Of a stretch of 64,000 nucleotides of DNA, positions 18,751-29,731 are shown piece by piece. Positions within the stretch are counted from its first letter, which is position 1; each line of letters opens with the position of its first letter. The notes under the pieces are model-generated. The model ran no database searches, had not been told where the DNA came from, and worked only from the letters and a program-made list of their open reading frames with translations. The stretch is taken from positions 32,169-96,168 of the forward strand of contig CAKZTQ010000032.1 of NCBI GenBank assembly GCA_937921735.1. Direction: 5' to 3'. Both the position numbers and the translations under genes were made by a program. The stretch is from an uncultured archaeon. GTDB taxonomy: Archaea > Hadarchaeota > Hadarchaeia > Hadarchaeales > Hadarchaeaceae.

Positions 18751-20238
18751 CTTCTCTCGAACGACTTCACAAGCGTCTACTAGCGACTTTCCCCAACGCG
18801 CGGGGTCATCGAACAGAAGAACTTTTTCATATCGGTGTCCAAATCTTCGCAGGTAGCTTGAAAGAGAATCGACCACTGTTTGCTTTTGGCGTTCATCCAG
18901 CTCCTGCGGTACTTGAAATTGCCCAAGTGGGTAAACATCTTCAAGCTCCTCCGGCACCACGCCGAAAGGAGGTATCAACCTGACTAAGTGAGTTCGATCC
19001 GGATCTTCCAATTTCGGTCGCTCCTTCTCGAACGCGGGTACTATGGCCAAGATCGGCAAGGCAGGTGGTTCGTAGCGCTCCGCAAATCTTCGGATGTAGC
19101 GCACGACCTCCGGGCGATCTGCTGACTCGGGTCCCAGGTAAAAGAACGCGGATGGCTTGGTCACGGGATCGAAGCGTTCAATGAAATCGCGGTAGACCGC
19201 TAACCTGCGCAGGGCGTTCAAAAGCCTAGGATGGGCACGACATTTCATCTCCACGTATTCCAATAGTCGCCCCTCGACAATCGCTTGTCTTATCCTCCTG
19301 AGTTCTCCGAAGATAACGCTCAAATTATGTTTGGCCAACAACTTGACGCGCTCCTCCCGTGAGGCTCCTTTTATTTCGTCTAAAGTGTACTCGCTGCAGA
19401 TGGGACATTCGCAGGGCAAGTAGGCCAAGTCGTTCAACTTCAGCGTCTTGTCTGGCGTGATGTACCTGTCATCCTTCGCGTACAGTACGTAAGCGGCGGA
19501 ATCGAAAAGGTCGCAGCCCATCGCGACCGCTAGTGGCAACATCATGGGATGACCGGCGCCGAATAGGTGCGTCGGGCGTTCCGGTGGAAGGTTTTGTTTT
19601 GCGGTCATCACTAAATCCACGATTTCAGCATAGCGATATTCCTCGAGCAGCTCCACTGGGCTACCTATGGCATGTAGTTGATAATCCAATTTTCCGATCT
19701 CCCTCGCGCATTTCGCCACTAAGTCATAAAAGGTCCCGCCTTGGACGGGGCCACACCACGCCACCTTTGGGTTGGACCTGAGTCGGATGGCCTGCTTGGC
19801 TCGCTCCAGCGTTATCTCGACGGTCTCAGCCGCGCGTCCTCTGTCCACTCCTATGCCGGTTGGTATGTCCAGTATCGTCGCGATATCTGGGGCAATTGCA
19901 TCTTGGTAAAGCACGATCTCTTCCGGTCCAACATCGATCGTCCCGTAGCGTAAGATCTGATATCCCCCGCTATCCGTCATTATCGGACCATCGTAACGAA
20001 GTATCCTATGAACGCCTTGTCTTGTAGCCTTCTCGCCATAGTGACGTAGTATCAGATATGCGTTTGTTATCACGATCTCCGCTCCGAACTCCCGACGCAT
20101 CTCGCGAGGGGTCAGTACGATGTCCCTGGGATCTATCACTGGCATGAGCGTGGGAGTCGTCACCTCGCCGTGGGCCGTGGTGAGCTTACCGATTCTCCCC
20201 ATGCCGTCTCGGTGAAGTATTTGAAAAATTTTAACCAC
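18724..20238 (-). CDS. tgtA: archaeosine tRNA-guanine(15) transglycosylase (no C-terminal PUA domain)
   Basis: TPTLMPV, MTDSGGYQ, HLFGAGHP, DLFDSAAY, CECPIC Zn site. Confidence 0.92.
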   Translation of the reverse strand: MVKIFQILHRDGMGRIGKLTTAHGEVTTPTLMPVIDPRDIVLTPREMRREFGAEIVITNAYLILRHYGEKATRQGVHRILRYDGPIMTDSGGYQILRYGTIDVGPEEIVLYQDAIAPDIATILDIPTGIGVDRGRAAETVEITLERAKQAIRLRSNPKVAWCGPVQGGTFYDLVAKCAREIGKLDYQLHAIGSPVELLEEYRYAEIVDLVMTAKQNLPPERPTHLFGAGHPMMLPLAVAMGCDLFDSAAYVLYAKDDRYITPDKTLKLNDLAYLPCECPICSEYTLDEIKGASREERVKLLAKHNLSVIFGELRRIRQAIVEGRLLEYVEMKCRAHPRLLNALRRLAVYRDFIERFDPVTKPSAFFYLGPESADRPEVVRYIRRFAERYEPPALPILAIVPAFEKERPKLEDPDRTHLVRLIPPFGVVPEELEDVYPLGQFQVPQELDERQKQTVVDSLSSYLRRFGHRYEKVLLFDDPARWGKSLVDACEVVREKLTVVTPTG

Positions 20239-20248
20239 CGTCGGCGAG

Positions 20249-21460
20249 CTAACAGAGCGGGATTTTCCCGTATGCTAAATCCATGCAAAACTTATCTATA
20301 TTTTCGAGCTCAGAGTTCATGATTTCCTCTATGTCCTCTCGGACCTCCTCGATGGTCACCCCTGGTTGTGGGATCACCTGTGCAATGGCGATGGCCGGTT
20401 GATCTATAGGTTGGCCTATTTTGCTCAGCAACCAAACGTAAACTTCTTCCAAGCCCGGCACCTGCTCGTATATTTTTTCTGCCATACGGTGCGTTAGAAC
20501 GTTGTAGATCTTGCCAACGTGGCTTATCGGATTTTTGCCTGTTGCGGCCTCGGAGCTCACGTGTCTGTTCAATGGGATCACACCGTTAACTCGGTTGCCC
20601 CTGCCGACTTGACCCGAATCAGCGCCATCCGCGCTTGTGCCTAGCACAGTTAGATAAATCCCGTCTACACCGCGTCCGGGTACATCTAACGTATTGAGGT
20701 GAATGGTAACTTTTTTGAAGTTTGCATTTTCTTCAACGAACGAGTTCAAGTTCTCGAGGACTTCTGATTTTTTCCTGAAATAATCATCTTCGCTTTCGAT
20801 AAACCTGTCAACGAAAGCTATTGAGATAGTCAAGTTCAACTCATCGTTTTTTCGAAATCCCATTACTTTTACATCCTCACCTGTTTCTTGGAACTCCTTT
20901 TTGAATTCCTTTGAATTTATGTATTTTTCTACCATGAGAACGAGTTTCTCGGTGTTGGTCATAGGCGCATAGCCAACCGCCGCGGATGTGTCGTTTGCGC
21001 TTAGGACCCTTCCTTTTCTCTTGAAGATATCCGTGAGCGCCGCCGATCCCGGTTTCAACTCAACTTGGTATCTCACGTGCTCCTCGGGGTCAACGAATCT
21101 GAGATTTTGCCTAAACCACTCCTTGGCAGCTTCGATGGCTATTTCCTCAACCGGGATGCTGATGCCCTCCACCTCACAGGTTGCCCTATCTCCGAATATC
21201 AAAAGCATGGGTTGTTTTACCGTCCCCCCTCCAAACTTGGTTTCGACTTCGCCGGCGACGAGCAGCGATTTATCGGCATTGTAATGCATTATCCTTCCAA
21301 ACTTTTTGAGGTATTCCATGTTCAACATTATGGAGACTCGATCTAAGATAGCATCGCAAATCGTATCTGGGTGCCCAAGACCTTTTCTTTCCACTATTTC
21401 AAATTTTTGTTTCTCCAGCGGCGTTTGTTTGAAATCCTCCACAATAATATTTCGGTCCAA
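20249..21460 (-). CDS. mat: archaeal S-adenosylmethionine synthetase
   Basis: EIVERKGLGHPD, ANDTS, GEDVKVM, GRGNRVNG, GKNPISHVGKIYN; TTG start at 21460. Confidence 0.93.
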   Translation of the reverse strand: MDRNIIVEDFKQTPLEKQKFEIVERKGLGHPDTICDAILDRVSIMLNMEYLKKFGRIMHYNADKSLLVAGEVETKFGGGTVKQPMLLIFGDRATCEVEGISIPVEEIAIEAAKEWFRQNLRFVDPEEHVRYQVELKPGSAALTDIFKRKGRVLSANDTSAAVGYAPMTNTEKLVLMVEKYINSKEFKKEFQETGEDVKVMGFRKNDELNLTISIAFVDRFIESEDDYFRKKSEVLENLNSFVEENANFKKVTIHLNTLDVPGRGVDGIYLTVLGTSADGADSGQVGRGNRVNGVIPLNRHVSSEAATGKNPISHVGKIYNVLTHRMAEKIYEQVPGLEEVYVWLLSKIGQPIDQPAIAIAQVIPQPGVTIEEVREDIEEIMNSELENIDKFCMDLAYGKIPLC

Positions 21461-21536
21461 ATCCGCACCCGCGGTTTTCGGTTCACTATTCAAATATTTA
21501 TAGGTTTTTCTGATAAATATAACTGATAGGAATGAC

Positions 21537-22115
21537 ATGCGCTTAATGAGGCCTACAGAGATACGTAACTTGCGCATTAAGCTAGGCTTGACGCAAGCAC
21601 AGCTCGCCGAGTTGGCGGGAGTGACCCAAGCCTACATAGCCAAAATCGAGGCGGGAATCGCCGATCCTAAGGTCTCAACGCTCGAGAGGATATTGACGGC
21701 GCTTGAGGGGGCGAAAGCCAAGAGGCGCATTACGGCGAGCCAAATAATGAACGCACCGATAATCTCAGTTAAACCTAACGATAAGGTCGAGAAGGCAATC
21801 CGACTGATGGAGTCCCACGACATATCTCAACTCCCGGTGCTGGAGGGCTCAACGCAAATAGGTTCGATATCGGAGGCGACGATCCTCCGCAAGATCGCTG
21901 AAGGCGAGGACATGTCCAAGCTTGTGCGAAGCGACGTCGAGGAGATCATGGAAGATCCGTTTCCGACCGTGGGCAGGGACGCGGATGTCGACACTATCTA
22001 CCACTTGCTCGAGCACAATCCCGCCGTCCTCATCGTTGACCGCAATAAGGCGATCGGGATAGTGACTAAGGCGGATGTGCTTAAGCTGGTGAACGAGTTC
22101 AAGAGGATCAAATAG
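21537..22115 (+). CDS. XRE-type HTH + CBS-pair regulator
   Basis: LGLTQAQLAELAGVTQAYIAKIEAG HTH followed by two CBS domains. Confidence 0.88.
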   Translation: MRLMRPTEIRNLRIKLGLTQAQLAELAGVTQAYIAKIEAGIADPKVSTLERILTALEGAKAKRRITASQIMNAPIISVKPNDKVEKAIRLMESHDISQLPVLEGSTQIGSISEATILRKIAEGEDMSKLVRSDVEEIMEDPFPTVGRDADVDTIYHLLEHNPAVLIVDRNKAIGIVTKADVLKLVNEFKRIK

Positions 22116-22196
22116 TTGATTACAATCAACGCGGTTTGTTAACCGCCCTGAAATGATTTATCCCCGGCGGTAATAGTAGAAACGGCGGTATAATCC

Positions 22197-22916
22197 ATGT
22201 TCAAGGACCCGATTAGGGAAAGGGTCGGGCGGTGGATAGCCGGGGACATAGCGCTGTCCGAGGACCCGGGCGGCGCCATAAAGCGATGGCGGGAGATCTT
22301 CGGCATGAGCCAGACCTCGCTCGCCGAAGTTTTGGGCATCTCCCCCTCCGTCATAAGCGACTACGAAGCCGGCAGGCGTAAATCCCCTGGCGTGGGGACG
22401 GTGAGGCGCATCGTCGAGGCTTTTGTCGAGTTCGACGAACAACACGGGGGGAAGGTGAAGAGGGCTTTTGCGCACATGTTTGGCACTCAACTACCGCCCG
22501 ACATCGTGCTAGACATCCGCGAGTTCAAGGAGCCAGTAGACGGGAGGACGATTTGTGAGGTCGTGGCGGGAGAGGTAGCGGCGAACGAAGAGCTGTTGGA
22601 TCAAAAACTCTTCGGTTACACCGTCATCGATAGTTACAAGGCGGTGCTGGGGCTCTCGGCAGACGAGTTCACGAGGCTGTATGGTCTGACGACTGAGAGG
22701 GCGCTCGTGTTTACGGGTGTCACGACTGGACGCTCGCCCATGGTCGCGATAAAGGTTATAGGCATCACACCCGGCATGGTGGTACTTCACGGGAGCCTTC
22801 AGACGGTTGACCCCTTGGGTATCAAAATAGCGGAAATCCTACGGATGCCGCTCGTCGTATCGAGGCTCCCATCAGTGAGCGATCTCATCGAGAAACTGCG
22901 CAAATGCGCGATTTGA
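22197..22916 (+). CDS. XRE-family transcriptional regulator (COG1709-like)
   Basis: IAGDIALS, SPSVISDYEAGRRKSPG, GYTVIDS, TTERALVFTGVTTGRSPMVA. Confidence 0.85.
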   Translation: MFKDPIRERVGRWIAGDIALSEDPGGAIKRWREIFGMSQTSLAEVLGISPSVISDYEAGRRKSPGVGTVRRIVEAFVEFDEQHGGKVKRAFAHMFGTQLPPDIVLDIREFKEPVDGRTICEVVAGEVAANEELLDQKLFGYTVIDSYKAVLGLSADEFTRLYGLTTERALVFTGVTTGRSPMVAIKVIGITPGMVVLHGSLQTVDPLGIKIAEILRMPLVVSRLPSVSDLIEKLRKCAI

Positions 22917-23012
22917 TACGACGATCGTCGAAATAATTATAGACAATCGAAAAATATTTAATGTTCGCGCCAGACGATTAGCATAAATCTAGGAGGAGGA
23001 CGGCGAAAATTT

Positions 23013-24056
23013 ATGGATGTCGGAATTGTCGGTTACGGGGTCTATATCCCAAGATATCGGCTAAAGATAGAGGATATAGCCAAGGTATGGGGGGCCGACG
23101 CGGGGAGGGTAAAGCAGGGGCTGTTGGTGGAGGAGAAATCCGTCCCCGGACCGGACGAGGACACCGTCACCATCGCCGTGGAGGCGGCCAGAAACGCCAT
23201 GAGGCATGCGAGAATTAACCCCCAGGACATCGGCGCCATCTACGTCGGCTCCGAATCGCATCCGTACGCCGTTAAGCCCACCGCAACTATGGTTGCTGAG
23301 GCAATAGGGGCCACGCCTAACCTAACTGCGGCGGACTATGAGTTCGCCTGCAAGGCAGGCACGGCGGGCATCCAAACGTGCATGGGCATGGTCGAGGCGG
23401 GGATGATAAAATACGGCATGGCCATAGGCGCCGACACCGCCCAAGGTGCTCCCGGGGACCCACTCGAATACACCGCCGCAGCCGGTGGGGCAGCGTTCAT
23501 AATCGGAAAAAACGGGGGAGAGACGATTGCCGCGATAGAGGGGACCTGCTCTTATACCACGGACACCCCCGATTTCTGGCGTAGGGACATGCAACCATAC
23601 CCAAGGCACGGGGGGAGGTTCACGGGCAAGCCCGCCTACTTCAAGCATGTCCTCTCGGCAGCGGCGGCCCTTCTCCAGCAGCTACAGCTTAGGCCTCAGG
23701 ATTACTCGTATGTGGTATTTCATCAGCCGAACGGCAAGTTTCCGCTTCAGGCTGCCAAGGAGCTAGGTTTTTCAACAGAACAGGTGATGCCGGGGTTGCT
23801 TGTGACCAAGATAGGCAACACATATTCCGCGTCCACCTTACTTGGGTTAGCTGCCATTTTGGATCAAGCCAAGCCTGGCGAGAGGATCCTCGCCGTTTCT
23901 TATGGCTCAGGCGCCGGGAGCGATGCTATAAGCTTGCTAGTGAGGGACGCCATAGAGGAAAAGCGGAATTCGCCAAAGGTGTTGGACTACGTGAACAAGA
24001 AAATAATCATCGACTATAGCACCTACGCGAAGTTCAGGCGGCTGTTGGTGAAGTAG
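23013..24056 (+). CDS. archaeal hydroxymethylglutaryl-CoA synthase
   Basis: [19 protein letters not shown] catalytic Cys, [22 protein letters not shown]. Confidence 0.95.
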   Translation: MDVGIVGYGVYIPRYRLKIEDIAKVWGADAGRVKQGLLVEEKSVPGPDEDTVTIAVEAARNAMRHARINPQDIGAIYVGSESHPYAVKPTATMVAEAIGATPNLTAADYEFACKAGTAGIQTCMGMVEAGMIKYGMAIGADTAQGAPGDPLEYTAAAGGAAFIIGKNGGETIAAIEGTCSYTTDTPDFWRRDMQPYPRHGGRFTGKPAYFKHVLSAAAALLQQLQLRPQDYSYVVFHQPNGKFPLQAAKELGFSTEQVMPGLLVTKIGNTYSASTLLGLAAILDQAKPGERILAVSYGSGAGSDAISLLVRDAIEEKRNSPKVLDYVNKKIIIDYSTYAKFRRLLVK

Positions 24057-25220
24057 ATGAGAGAAGTGGCGATAATAGGGGTGGGACTAACCAAGTTCGG
24101 CGAGCTTTGGGACGTTTCGTTCAGGCAGATGATCGTCGAGGCCGGTGCCCAAGCCATAGAGGATGCCAACGTGGACGGCAAACAAATCGACGCGATGTAC
24201 GTGGGAAATATGTCCGCCGGTCAATTCATTCGCCAGGAGCACGTGGCCTCGCTCATCGCCGACCACGCTGGCTTGGTGCCAATACCGTGTACTAGAGTAG
24301 AGGGCGCCTGTGCCTCCGGCGGGCTTGCCCTGCGTCAGGCGTTCATAGCCGTGGCCTCAGGGATCCACGACATAGTGGTGGCGGCCGGAATAGAGAAAAT
24401 GACGGATATCTTGACAGAGCAGACCACCGAGGCGCTCGCGACGGCCGCGGACCAAGAGTGGGAGGCGCAGATAGGTGCCACGTTCCCGGGACTCTACGCC
24501 CTCATGGCGAGGCGCCACATGTACGAGTACGGCACGACGGAGGAGCAGATGGCCATGGTCGCGGTTAAAAACCATCACAACGCCTGCTTCAACCCGTGCG
24601 CGCAGTACCACATGAAGATAACCGTCGAAGATGTTTTGAACTCCGCACCCGTTACCTATCCGCTCAAGCTGCTCGATTGCTCGCCCATCACCGACGGTGC
24701 TGCATGCGTTATCCTCGCCCCAGCTGAAAAGGCGAGGCGATTCACTGACACGCCAATCTTGATCGCGGGAAGTGGGCAGGCTAGCGATACCATTTCTCTA
24801 CACGATAGACCGACGTTGACAGGCATAAGGGCGACGACCGAGGCAGCGAGGGTCGCTTACAAGATGGCCGGCGTAGGGCCACGAGACATAGACCTCGCGG
24901 AGGTCCACGATTGCTTCACGATAGCCGAGATAATGGCGATAGAGGACCTGGGCTTCTGCAAGAAGGGCGAGGGTGGCAGGGTCACCGAGCAGGGTGAGAC
25001 AGCGCTTGGGGGGAGGATACCCATCAACACGAGCGGTGGCCTGAAGGGCAAAGGGCACCCCGTCGGTGCAACCGGCATCGCTCAGGCCGTCGAGATCGTG
25101 CAACAGCTCCGAGGCGAGGCCGGCAAGAGGCAGGTAGAGGGTGCGGAAATCGGTCTCACCCATAATGTGGGTGGAACAGGCGGTACCGCGGTCGTGCACA
25201 TATTTAAGAGGGGTGACTAG
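24057..25220 (+). CDS. acetoacetyl-CoA thiolase
   Basis: [27 protein letters not shown]. Confidence 0.93.
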   Translation: MREVAIIGVGLTKFGELWDVSFRQMIVEAGAQAIEDANVDGKQIDAMYVGNMSAGQFIRQEHVASLIADHAGLVPIPCTRVEGACASGGLALRQAFIAVASGIHDIVVAAGIEKMTDILTEQTTEALATAADQEWEAQIGATFPGLYALMARRHMYEYGTTEEQMAMVAVKNHHNACFNPCAQYHMKITVEDVLNSAPVTYPLKLLDCSPITDGAACVILAPAEKARRFTDTPILIAGSGQASDTISLHDRPTLTGIRATTEAARVAYKMAGVGPRDIDLAEVHDCFTIAEIMAIEDLGFCKKGEGGRVTEQGETALGGRIPINTSGGLKGKGHPVGATGIAQAVEIVQQLRGEAGKRQVEGAEIGLTHNVGGTGGTAVVHIFKRGD

Positions 25221-25613
25221 GTGGGCGTTCCAAGGTTTTGGCGGGAGATACCCAATCGCTACAACTTGATCGGCACTAAGTGTAAGAACTGCAATAAGGT
25301 TTTCTTCCCGCCACGCTACATCTGCCCGAATTGCAGGCGCGTCGGCAAGCTTGAGCCGTACAAGCTGAAGGGGCGCGGCAAGATCTACTCCTATACCATT
25401 ACATACGTGCCATCGAACGGCTTTGAGGACCAAGTGCCCTACGTGCTGGCGATAGTTGAGCTCGAGGATGGACCGAAGATTACGACACAAGTCACGGACT
25501 GCGATCCGAACGACATCAAAATAGGCGATGAGGTGGAAATAGTTTTCAGGCGGATGGGCGAGGAAGGAGAAGAAGGAGTAATTTACTACGGGTACAAGGC
25601 GAGGAAAATCTAA
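25221..25613 (+). CDS. DUF35 Zn-ribbon/OB-fold scaffold of the thiolase-HMGS complex
   Basis: CKNC..FFPPRYICPNC, PYVLAIVEL, IYYGYK; position in the cluster. Confidence 0.92.
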   Translation: MGVPRFWREIPNRYNLIGTKCKNCNKVFFPPRYICPNCRRVGKLEPYKLKGRGKIYSYTITYVPSNGFEDQVPYVLAIVELEDGPKITTQVTDCDPNDIKIGDEVEIVFRRMGEEGEEGVIYYGYKARKI

Positions 25614-25622
25614 ACTGACCGA

Positions 25623-26378
25623 TCATACCCGTCGCGCGAAGGTCAGGTATCCGGTATGAGCGATCATTCGAGTCTTCGGCCTCGTGCTGCCTGGTTTGAC
25701 CTCGAATTCCCTGACCAGGCATTCTATGGTTTGGTAGTTGACGAAGCTATAATTGGGCAGTTCCGCGTGTAGCCTCTGAATGTGCTCGATGCATGGGGAG
25801 AAGACCGCGAGGTAACCCCCTGGCTTAAGTGCCGCTTCAGCATGGGGTAATACCCGCTCGGGCTGGGGCAAATCTAGCGCAACGAGGTCAACGTCTCGTT
25901 CCTCTATTCCCTCGTAGATATCTTTGAGCTTTATCGTCACGATATCGCTCAGCCCGGCCGAGCGGATGTTGTCCTCGGCTAATCGAGCGAAGTCCTCCCT
26001 GACCTCGTAGCTTATCACTCGGCCGTTCGGCCTCACCAGATTTGCTAAAAACATCGCCAGCGCCCCCGAGCCGGCCCCCGCGTCCACCACGATATCGCCA
26101 GGGCCTAGCCCAGTGTAAGCGATTATCTGCGCCGCGTCCTTTGGGAGCACTATCTGAGGGGCGCGTTTCATCTTCTGCAAAAAGTCCGTGATTCTTGGCC
26201 GCAAAAGTACGAACTCTTTGCCGGTGTGCGATTTCAACCTCTCGCCTGGTTTTTTGCCGATCGCGGCGCCGAGGTCGATGGCACCTAAATCGGTATGTAG
26301 TTGTCTGGGCTCCGCTGCGACGAGATATTTTCTGCCTCTTTCATCGATCAGTATTACCTTCTCTCCCCTTTGGATCAT
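25623..26378 (-). CDS. trmI: tRNA (adenine-N1)-methyltransferase TrmI
   Basis: MKRAPQIVLPKD, DAGAGSGAL, LDLPQP, HTGYL. Confidence 0.93.
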   Translation of the reverse strand: MIQRGEKVILIDERGRKYLVAAEPRQLHTDLGAIDLGAAIGKKPGERLKSHTGKEFVLLRPRITDFLQKMKRAPQIVLPKDAAQIIAYTGLGPGDIVVDAGAGSGALAMFLANLVRPNGRVISYEVREDFARLAEDNIRSAGLSDIVTIKLKDIYEGIEERDVDLVALDLPQPERVLPHAEAALKPGGYLAVFSPCIEHIQRLHAELPNYSFVNYQTIECLVREFEVKPGSTRPKTRMIAHTGYLTFARRV

Positions 26379-26441
26379 CCAATCGCCAATTTTGTTGTCG
26401 AGCTTATATATCCCCTGTTAAACGTTGGATAAGGGGGCGTC

Positions 26442-27332
26442 ATGCGCATGAGTTTGCCGTTCCTCTACATGCGGCCGCGGCAAATGATCGCCATACCCGC
26501 GATCCTTTCCGTCATCTTCTTGATCGCAATTTTGATTCGTGGGGTTCCCATTGGCATGGAGTTCACCGGTGGCACGTTGGTCAGGATTCGCGGGCTTGAT
26601 GATCGGCCCGACCTTTCGATGGTCGAGCCTGCGGTTGAGAATTTTTTAGGCTCGAAGATATATCTCAAGATAACTGAGGACCGCACCCGTCAAACTGGAA
26701 GGTTTGGATTGGACTTGGAGACCAGCAAGGTGTTGAGCGAGGAGGAAAAGGTCGAGCTTCAGAAGTTTTTGGAGAAGAAATTTGGCATAACGGGGAACTA
26801 CGGCGCGGAATGGTTTGGTTCTATACTCACGGGCATCTATCGAGAGCAAGCGCGTCGGGCGATAATTGCTGCGATCATCGCGATGGCCATCATCATCTTC
26901 ATCGCGTTTAGGCGCAAGGTGGTGGTCGGTGCCATCCTCCTTTGCCTAGGCCTTGACATGCTCGGGACACTTGGATGCATGGCGATATTTGGAGTTCCCC
27001 TCACCTTGGCATCGATCGCTGGACTCCTGATGCTCATAGGTTATGCCGTCGATACCAATATCCTGCTGTCGGTTCAAACCGTGAAGCGCTTGGGAGGTGA
27101 GGTAAGGGAACGGATCCTCACCGCCATGAAAACTGGGCTGATGATGAGCGGCACCACAGCGCTGGCGATGATCATCATTAATGTCATCACCGTTGCTCCG
27201 GCCCTCTACCAGCTCTCCGCGGTTCTTATATTCGGTATCTTGGTCGACATCGTCAACACTTGGTTCTTGAACGCAGGGATTTTGTTGTGGCATTCAAGCC
27301 GAATTAAGGAGGAGTTCTATGTCAGCGAGTAG
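26442..27332 (+). CDS. secF: protein translocase subunit SecF
   Basis: GMEFTGGT, LMLIGYAVDTNILL, multiple TM segments. Confidence 0.88.
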   Translation: MRMSLPFLYMRPRQMIAIPAILSVIFLIAILIRGVPIGMEFTGGTLVRIRGLDDRPDLSMVEPAVENFLGSKIYLKITEDRTRQTGRFGLDLETSKVLSEEEKVELQKFLEKKFGITGNYGAEWFGSILTGIYREQARRAIIAAIIAMAIIIFIAFRRKVVVGAILLCLGLDMLGTLGCMAIFGVPLTLASIAGLLMLIGYAVDTNILLSVQTVKRLGGEVRERILTAMKTGLMMSGTTALAMIIINVITVAPALYQLSAVLIFGILVDIVNTWFLNAGILLWHSSRIKEEFYVSE

Positions 27333-29052
27333 GGACTGGCACATTTGGTTGCTCGTGCTCGTTACATTGTTTTCGGCGATGTTGCTCATAAGGCCGGGTA
27401 TAAAATACGGGGTAGACATCGCCGGCGGATCTAGGATAACTTTGCGGTTGGAGGCATCTCACGTTACCATCAAAATAGAGGATTTGTCCAAGTTGGACAA
27501 CCTCGTCAGAACGCTCGAGGACAACTTGCTTTCGACGGTCAAGGTAGTGGCCTACAACGAAAACGTAAAACAGATCACGCTGGAAGTGGGCAGGGCTGTG
27601 ACCGAGGACATGATATCAGGCATCATCGACAACCTTGGACAGCTCGTTGGGCTCGAGGAAAATAAGGTCAGCGATGAAACACGCGACGAGATCATGCATA
27701 TACTTCAAGCTAGGGTGGATCCGTACGGTACAATTGGGGCCCAGTTCAAGCCGCTCGGGATGAACTTCATCCTTTTTGAAATATCAGGCATCGAGCCAGA
27801 AAGGGCCAAGGAACTGCTCGGGAGGCAAGGCATGCTGGAGGCGTTCGTGGACAACACGCTCGTCTTGAGGGGGGGAGACATCTTGCGCGTGGGCCTGATC
27901 AGGATCGAGCTAGAAGCTGGAGGATATAAGTACCATGTCCCGTTTGAGATTTCGGAGGATGGCGCTCGGAGATTCGCGCAAGCATCCGTTGGAAAGGCCG
28001 GCCATTGCTTGGCGATTTACTTAGATCGTCCGGACGATGCAGTTTTGATCTTTAATAGACAGCTCTTGGGAGAGCTGGAGGCCTTTACCTACGACGAGAA
28101 CTTGAGGGTATTCATCCACCGCACCGGCGGATTTCCGGTCATGGTCCCTGCGGCGGCAGTGACTCCAGGGTCGCTGGAGGTAGAGGTTCTAGAATTTCTG
28201 CAGAAACAGCGCGAGTCCGCGATTCGGGCGATTTTTTTGGGTGAAGAAAAGGACTTTTCTCCAGTGATTGTTGATAAAATAAGGGAGCTTTTTTCGATCG
28301 TTGAGAGCATACCGAGACCCGCGGATCAAATAGCAGACGAATGGGTGCGCCGAGCCTGTGGATTAGAATCTTGGCCACAAATTCAAGCGGATATCGCCGG
28401 AAAAGCGGTGACGAACGTCGAGATAACCGGCGTTCGAAGTTCTAGGGATGATGCGGAAAGGGACGCGAGGGATCTGCAAATATTGTTGTCTCAAAGATTG
28501 CCAGTAAAAATCTCGTTTGAAGGGGAGACGGCGATCGAACCGAGACTAGGCGCCGAAATAAAGGGCGAGGCCATGAGGGCTGCGGTGGGGGCGATCGTCG
28601 GCATTTGGGCGATGCTTTACATCCGCTATAGACGCCTTAGGATCGCTGTAGCCATCGTCGGAACGATGCTGTGTGAAGTGATTATTACGTTGGGGCTGGC
28701 TTCCGCGATTCGCTGGACGATTGGTTTGCCGGAGATAGGTGGGTTGATCGCGGTCATAGGCAGCGGCGTCGATCATCAAATAGTCATCACCGATGAAATC
28801 TTGAGAGGAGTGGCACCTCAGGCGAAAAAGGTGAGCATCAGAGGTCGGATCGGTAGGGCCTTCTCGGTGATTTTTGCTGCAGCTGCGACGACCATCGCGG
28901 CGATGGTATGCTTGGCATCGCTCGGCTTTGGTGTGATGAGGGGCTTCGCTCTGGTAACGATCATCGGCGTGTTATCTGCGGTTCTAGTCACCCGCCCGGC
29001 TTATGCTAGACTGATCAGCGCATCGTTGGCGAAGGAACTTAGCGAGGGTTAG
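27319..29052 (+). CDS. secD: protein translocase subunit SecD
   Basis: GVDIAGG, RVDPYG, IGSGVDHQIVITDE, RGFALVTIIG, TRPAY. Confidence 0.88.
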   Translation: MSASRDWHIWLLVLVTLFSAMLLIRPGIKYGVDIAGGSRITLRLEASHVTIKIEDLSKLDNLVRTLEDNLLSTVKVVAYNENVKQITLEVGRAVTEDMISGIIDNLGQLVGLEENKVSDETRDEIMHILQARVDPYGTIGAQFKPLGMNFILFEISGIEPERAKELLGRQGMLEAFVDNTLVLRGGDILRVGLIRIELEAGGYKYHVPFEISEDGARRFAQASVGKAGHCLAIYLDRPDDAVLIFNRQLLGELEAFTYDENLRVFIHRTGGFPVMVPAAAVTPGSLEVEVLEFLQKQRESAIRAIFLGEEKDFSPVIVDKIRELFSIVESIPRPADQIADEWVRRACGLESWPQIQADIAGKAVTNVEITGVRSSRDDAERDARDLQILLSQRLPVKISFEGETAIEPRLGAEIKGEAMRAAVGAIVGIWAMLYIRYRRLRIAVAIVGTMLCEVIITLGLASAIRWTIGLPEIGGLIAVIGSGVDHQIVITDEILRGVAPQAKKVSIRGRIGRAFSVIFAAAATTIAAMVCLASLGFGVMRGFALVTIIGVLSAVLVTRPAYARLISASLAKELSEG

Positions 29053-29339
29053 CTGCTTAAAATTAGGCCCGCCGATATGGCTGCGAATGTCGCCATGGCC
29101 GCTACGAGGCATAAAAACTTCCTTCCTATCCCGAGTAAATCTAACACCGGTTTTGAGGTCGCATAAACTGCCGCCGCGCAGATGAAATAGAACCAAAGGA
29201 CCACTGCGGATACCATCAACAATGGAAATTTCAACAGGAGTAAGATGAATGCGATGAAGCCAGCTGCGCACGCCGCTAAAGCTAGTGGGTAGAAAAGGAC
29301 CAACAGTAGGACTCTCTCCCTAGTAGTCATGTCCGTCAC
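29049..29339 (-). CDS. hypothetical membrane protein
   Basis: Highly hydrophobic ORF translationally coupled to the upstream gene. Confidence 0.6.
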   Translation of the reverse strand: MTDMTTRERVLLLVLFYPLALAACAAGFIAFILLLLKFPLLMVSAVVLWFYFICAAAVYATSKPVLDLLGIGRKFLCLVAAMATFAAISAGLILSS

Positions 29340-29731
29340 ACCATGAAGAAGTATTGGGTCACCGTCGGAAGCTTTCTTCTAAGGGAGGCTATCTCCGGGA
29401 GGTATACGAGAAGTTCTCCACCAGCACATTTTTTCCCCAATAGTTGGCTCACCACCTTCGCTTCAACTTCTCCAGTTATCTTTGCCGTCCCCCTGCCAAG
29501 CTTTGGATCGAAAGATACCAAAATAGGGAGAAACAGGCTATCCCATTCGCTTTCAGGTAAAATGCTTGCTAGCAGTTCAAGCTCGTCACGTTCGAACTCG
29601 TGGACCGATCCGTTTCTGCCGACGACTTGCGGTTTTTTTGACTTCAGGGCCTCGCTCAGCGAGATCCGCTTCATCGGGAGGTGGGCATTTAGCTTGGCCA
29701 GCTCCCGCTCGATCCAGCGCTCAGAGTTCAT
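29336..29731 (-). CDS. DUF61 (UPF0216) family protein
   Basis: LNAHLP..RISL.E.L, GSVHEF..ELE.L, RRKLPTVTQY. Confidence 0.8.
   Translation of the reverse strand: MNSERWIERELAKLNAHLPMKRISLSEALKSKKPQVVGRNGSVHEFERDELELLASILPESEWDSLFLPILVSFDPKLGRGTAKITGEVEAKVVSQLLGKKCAGGELLVYLPEIASLRRKLPTVTQYFFMV

Noticed and set aside
18724-20238. TgtA lacking the PUA domain
   Set aside because: Short or split archaeosine TGTs are already known.
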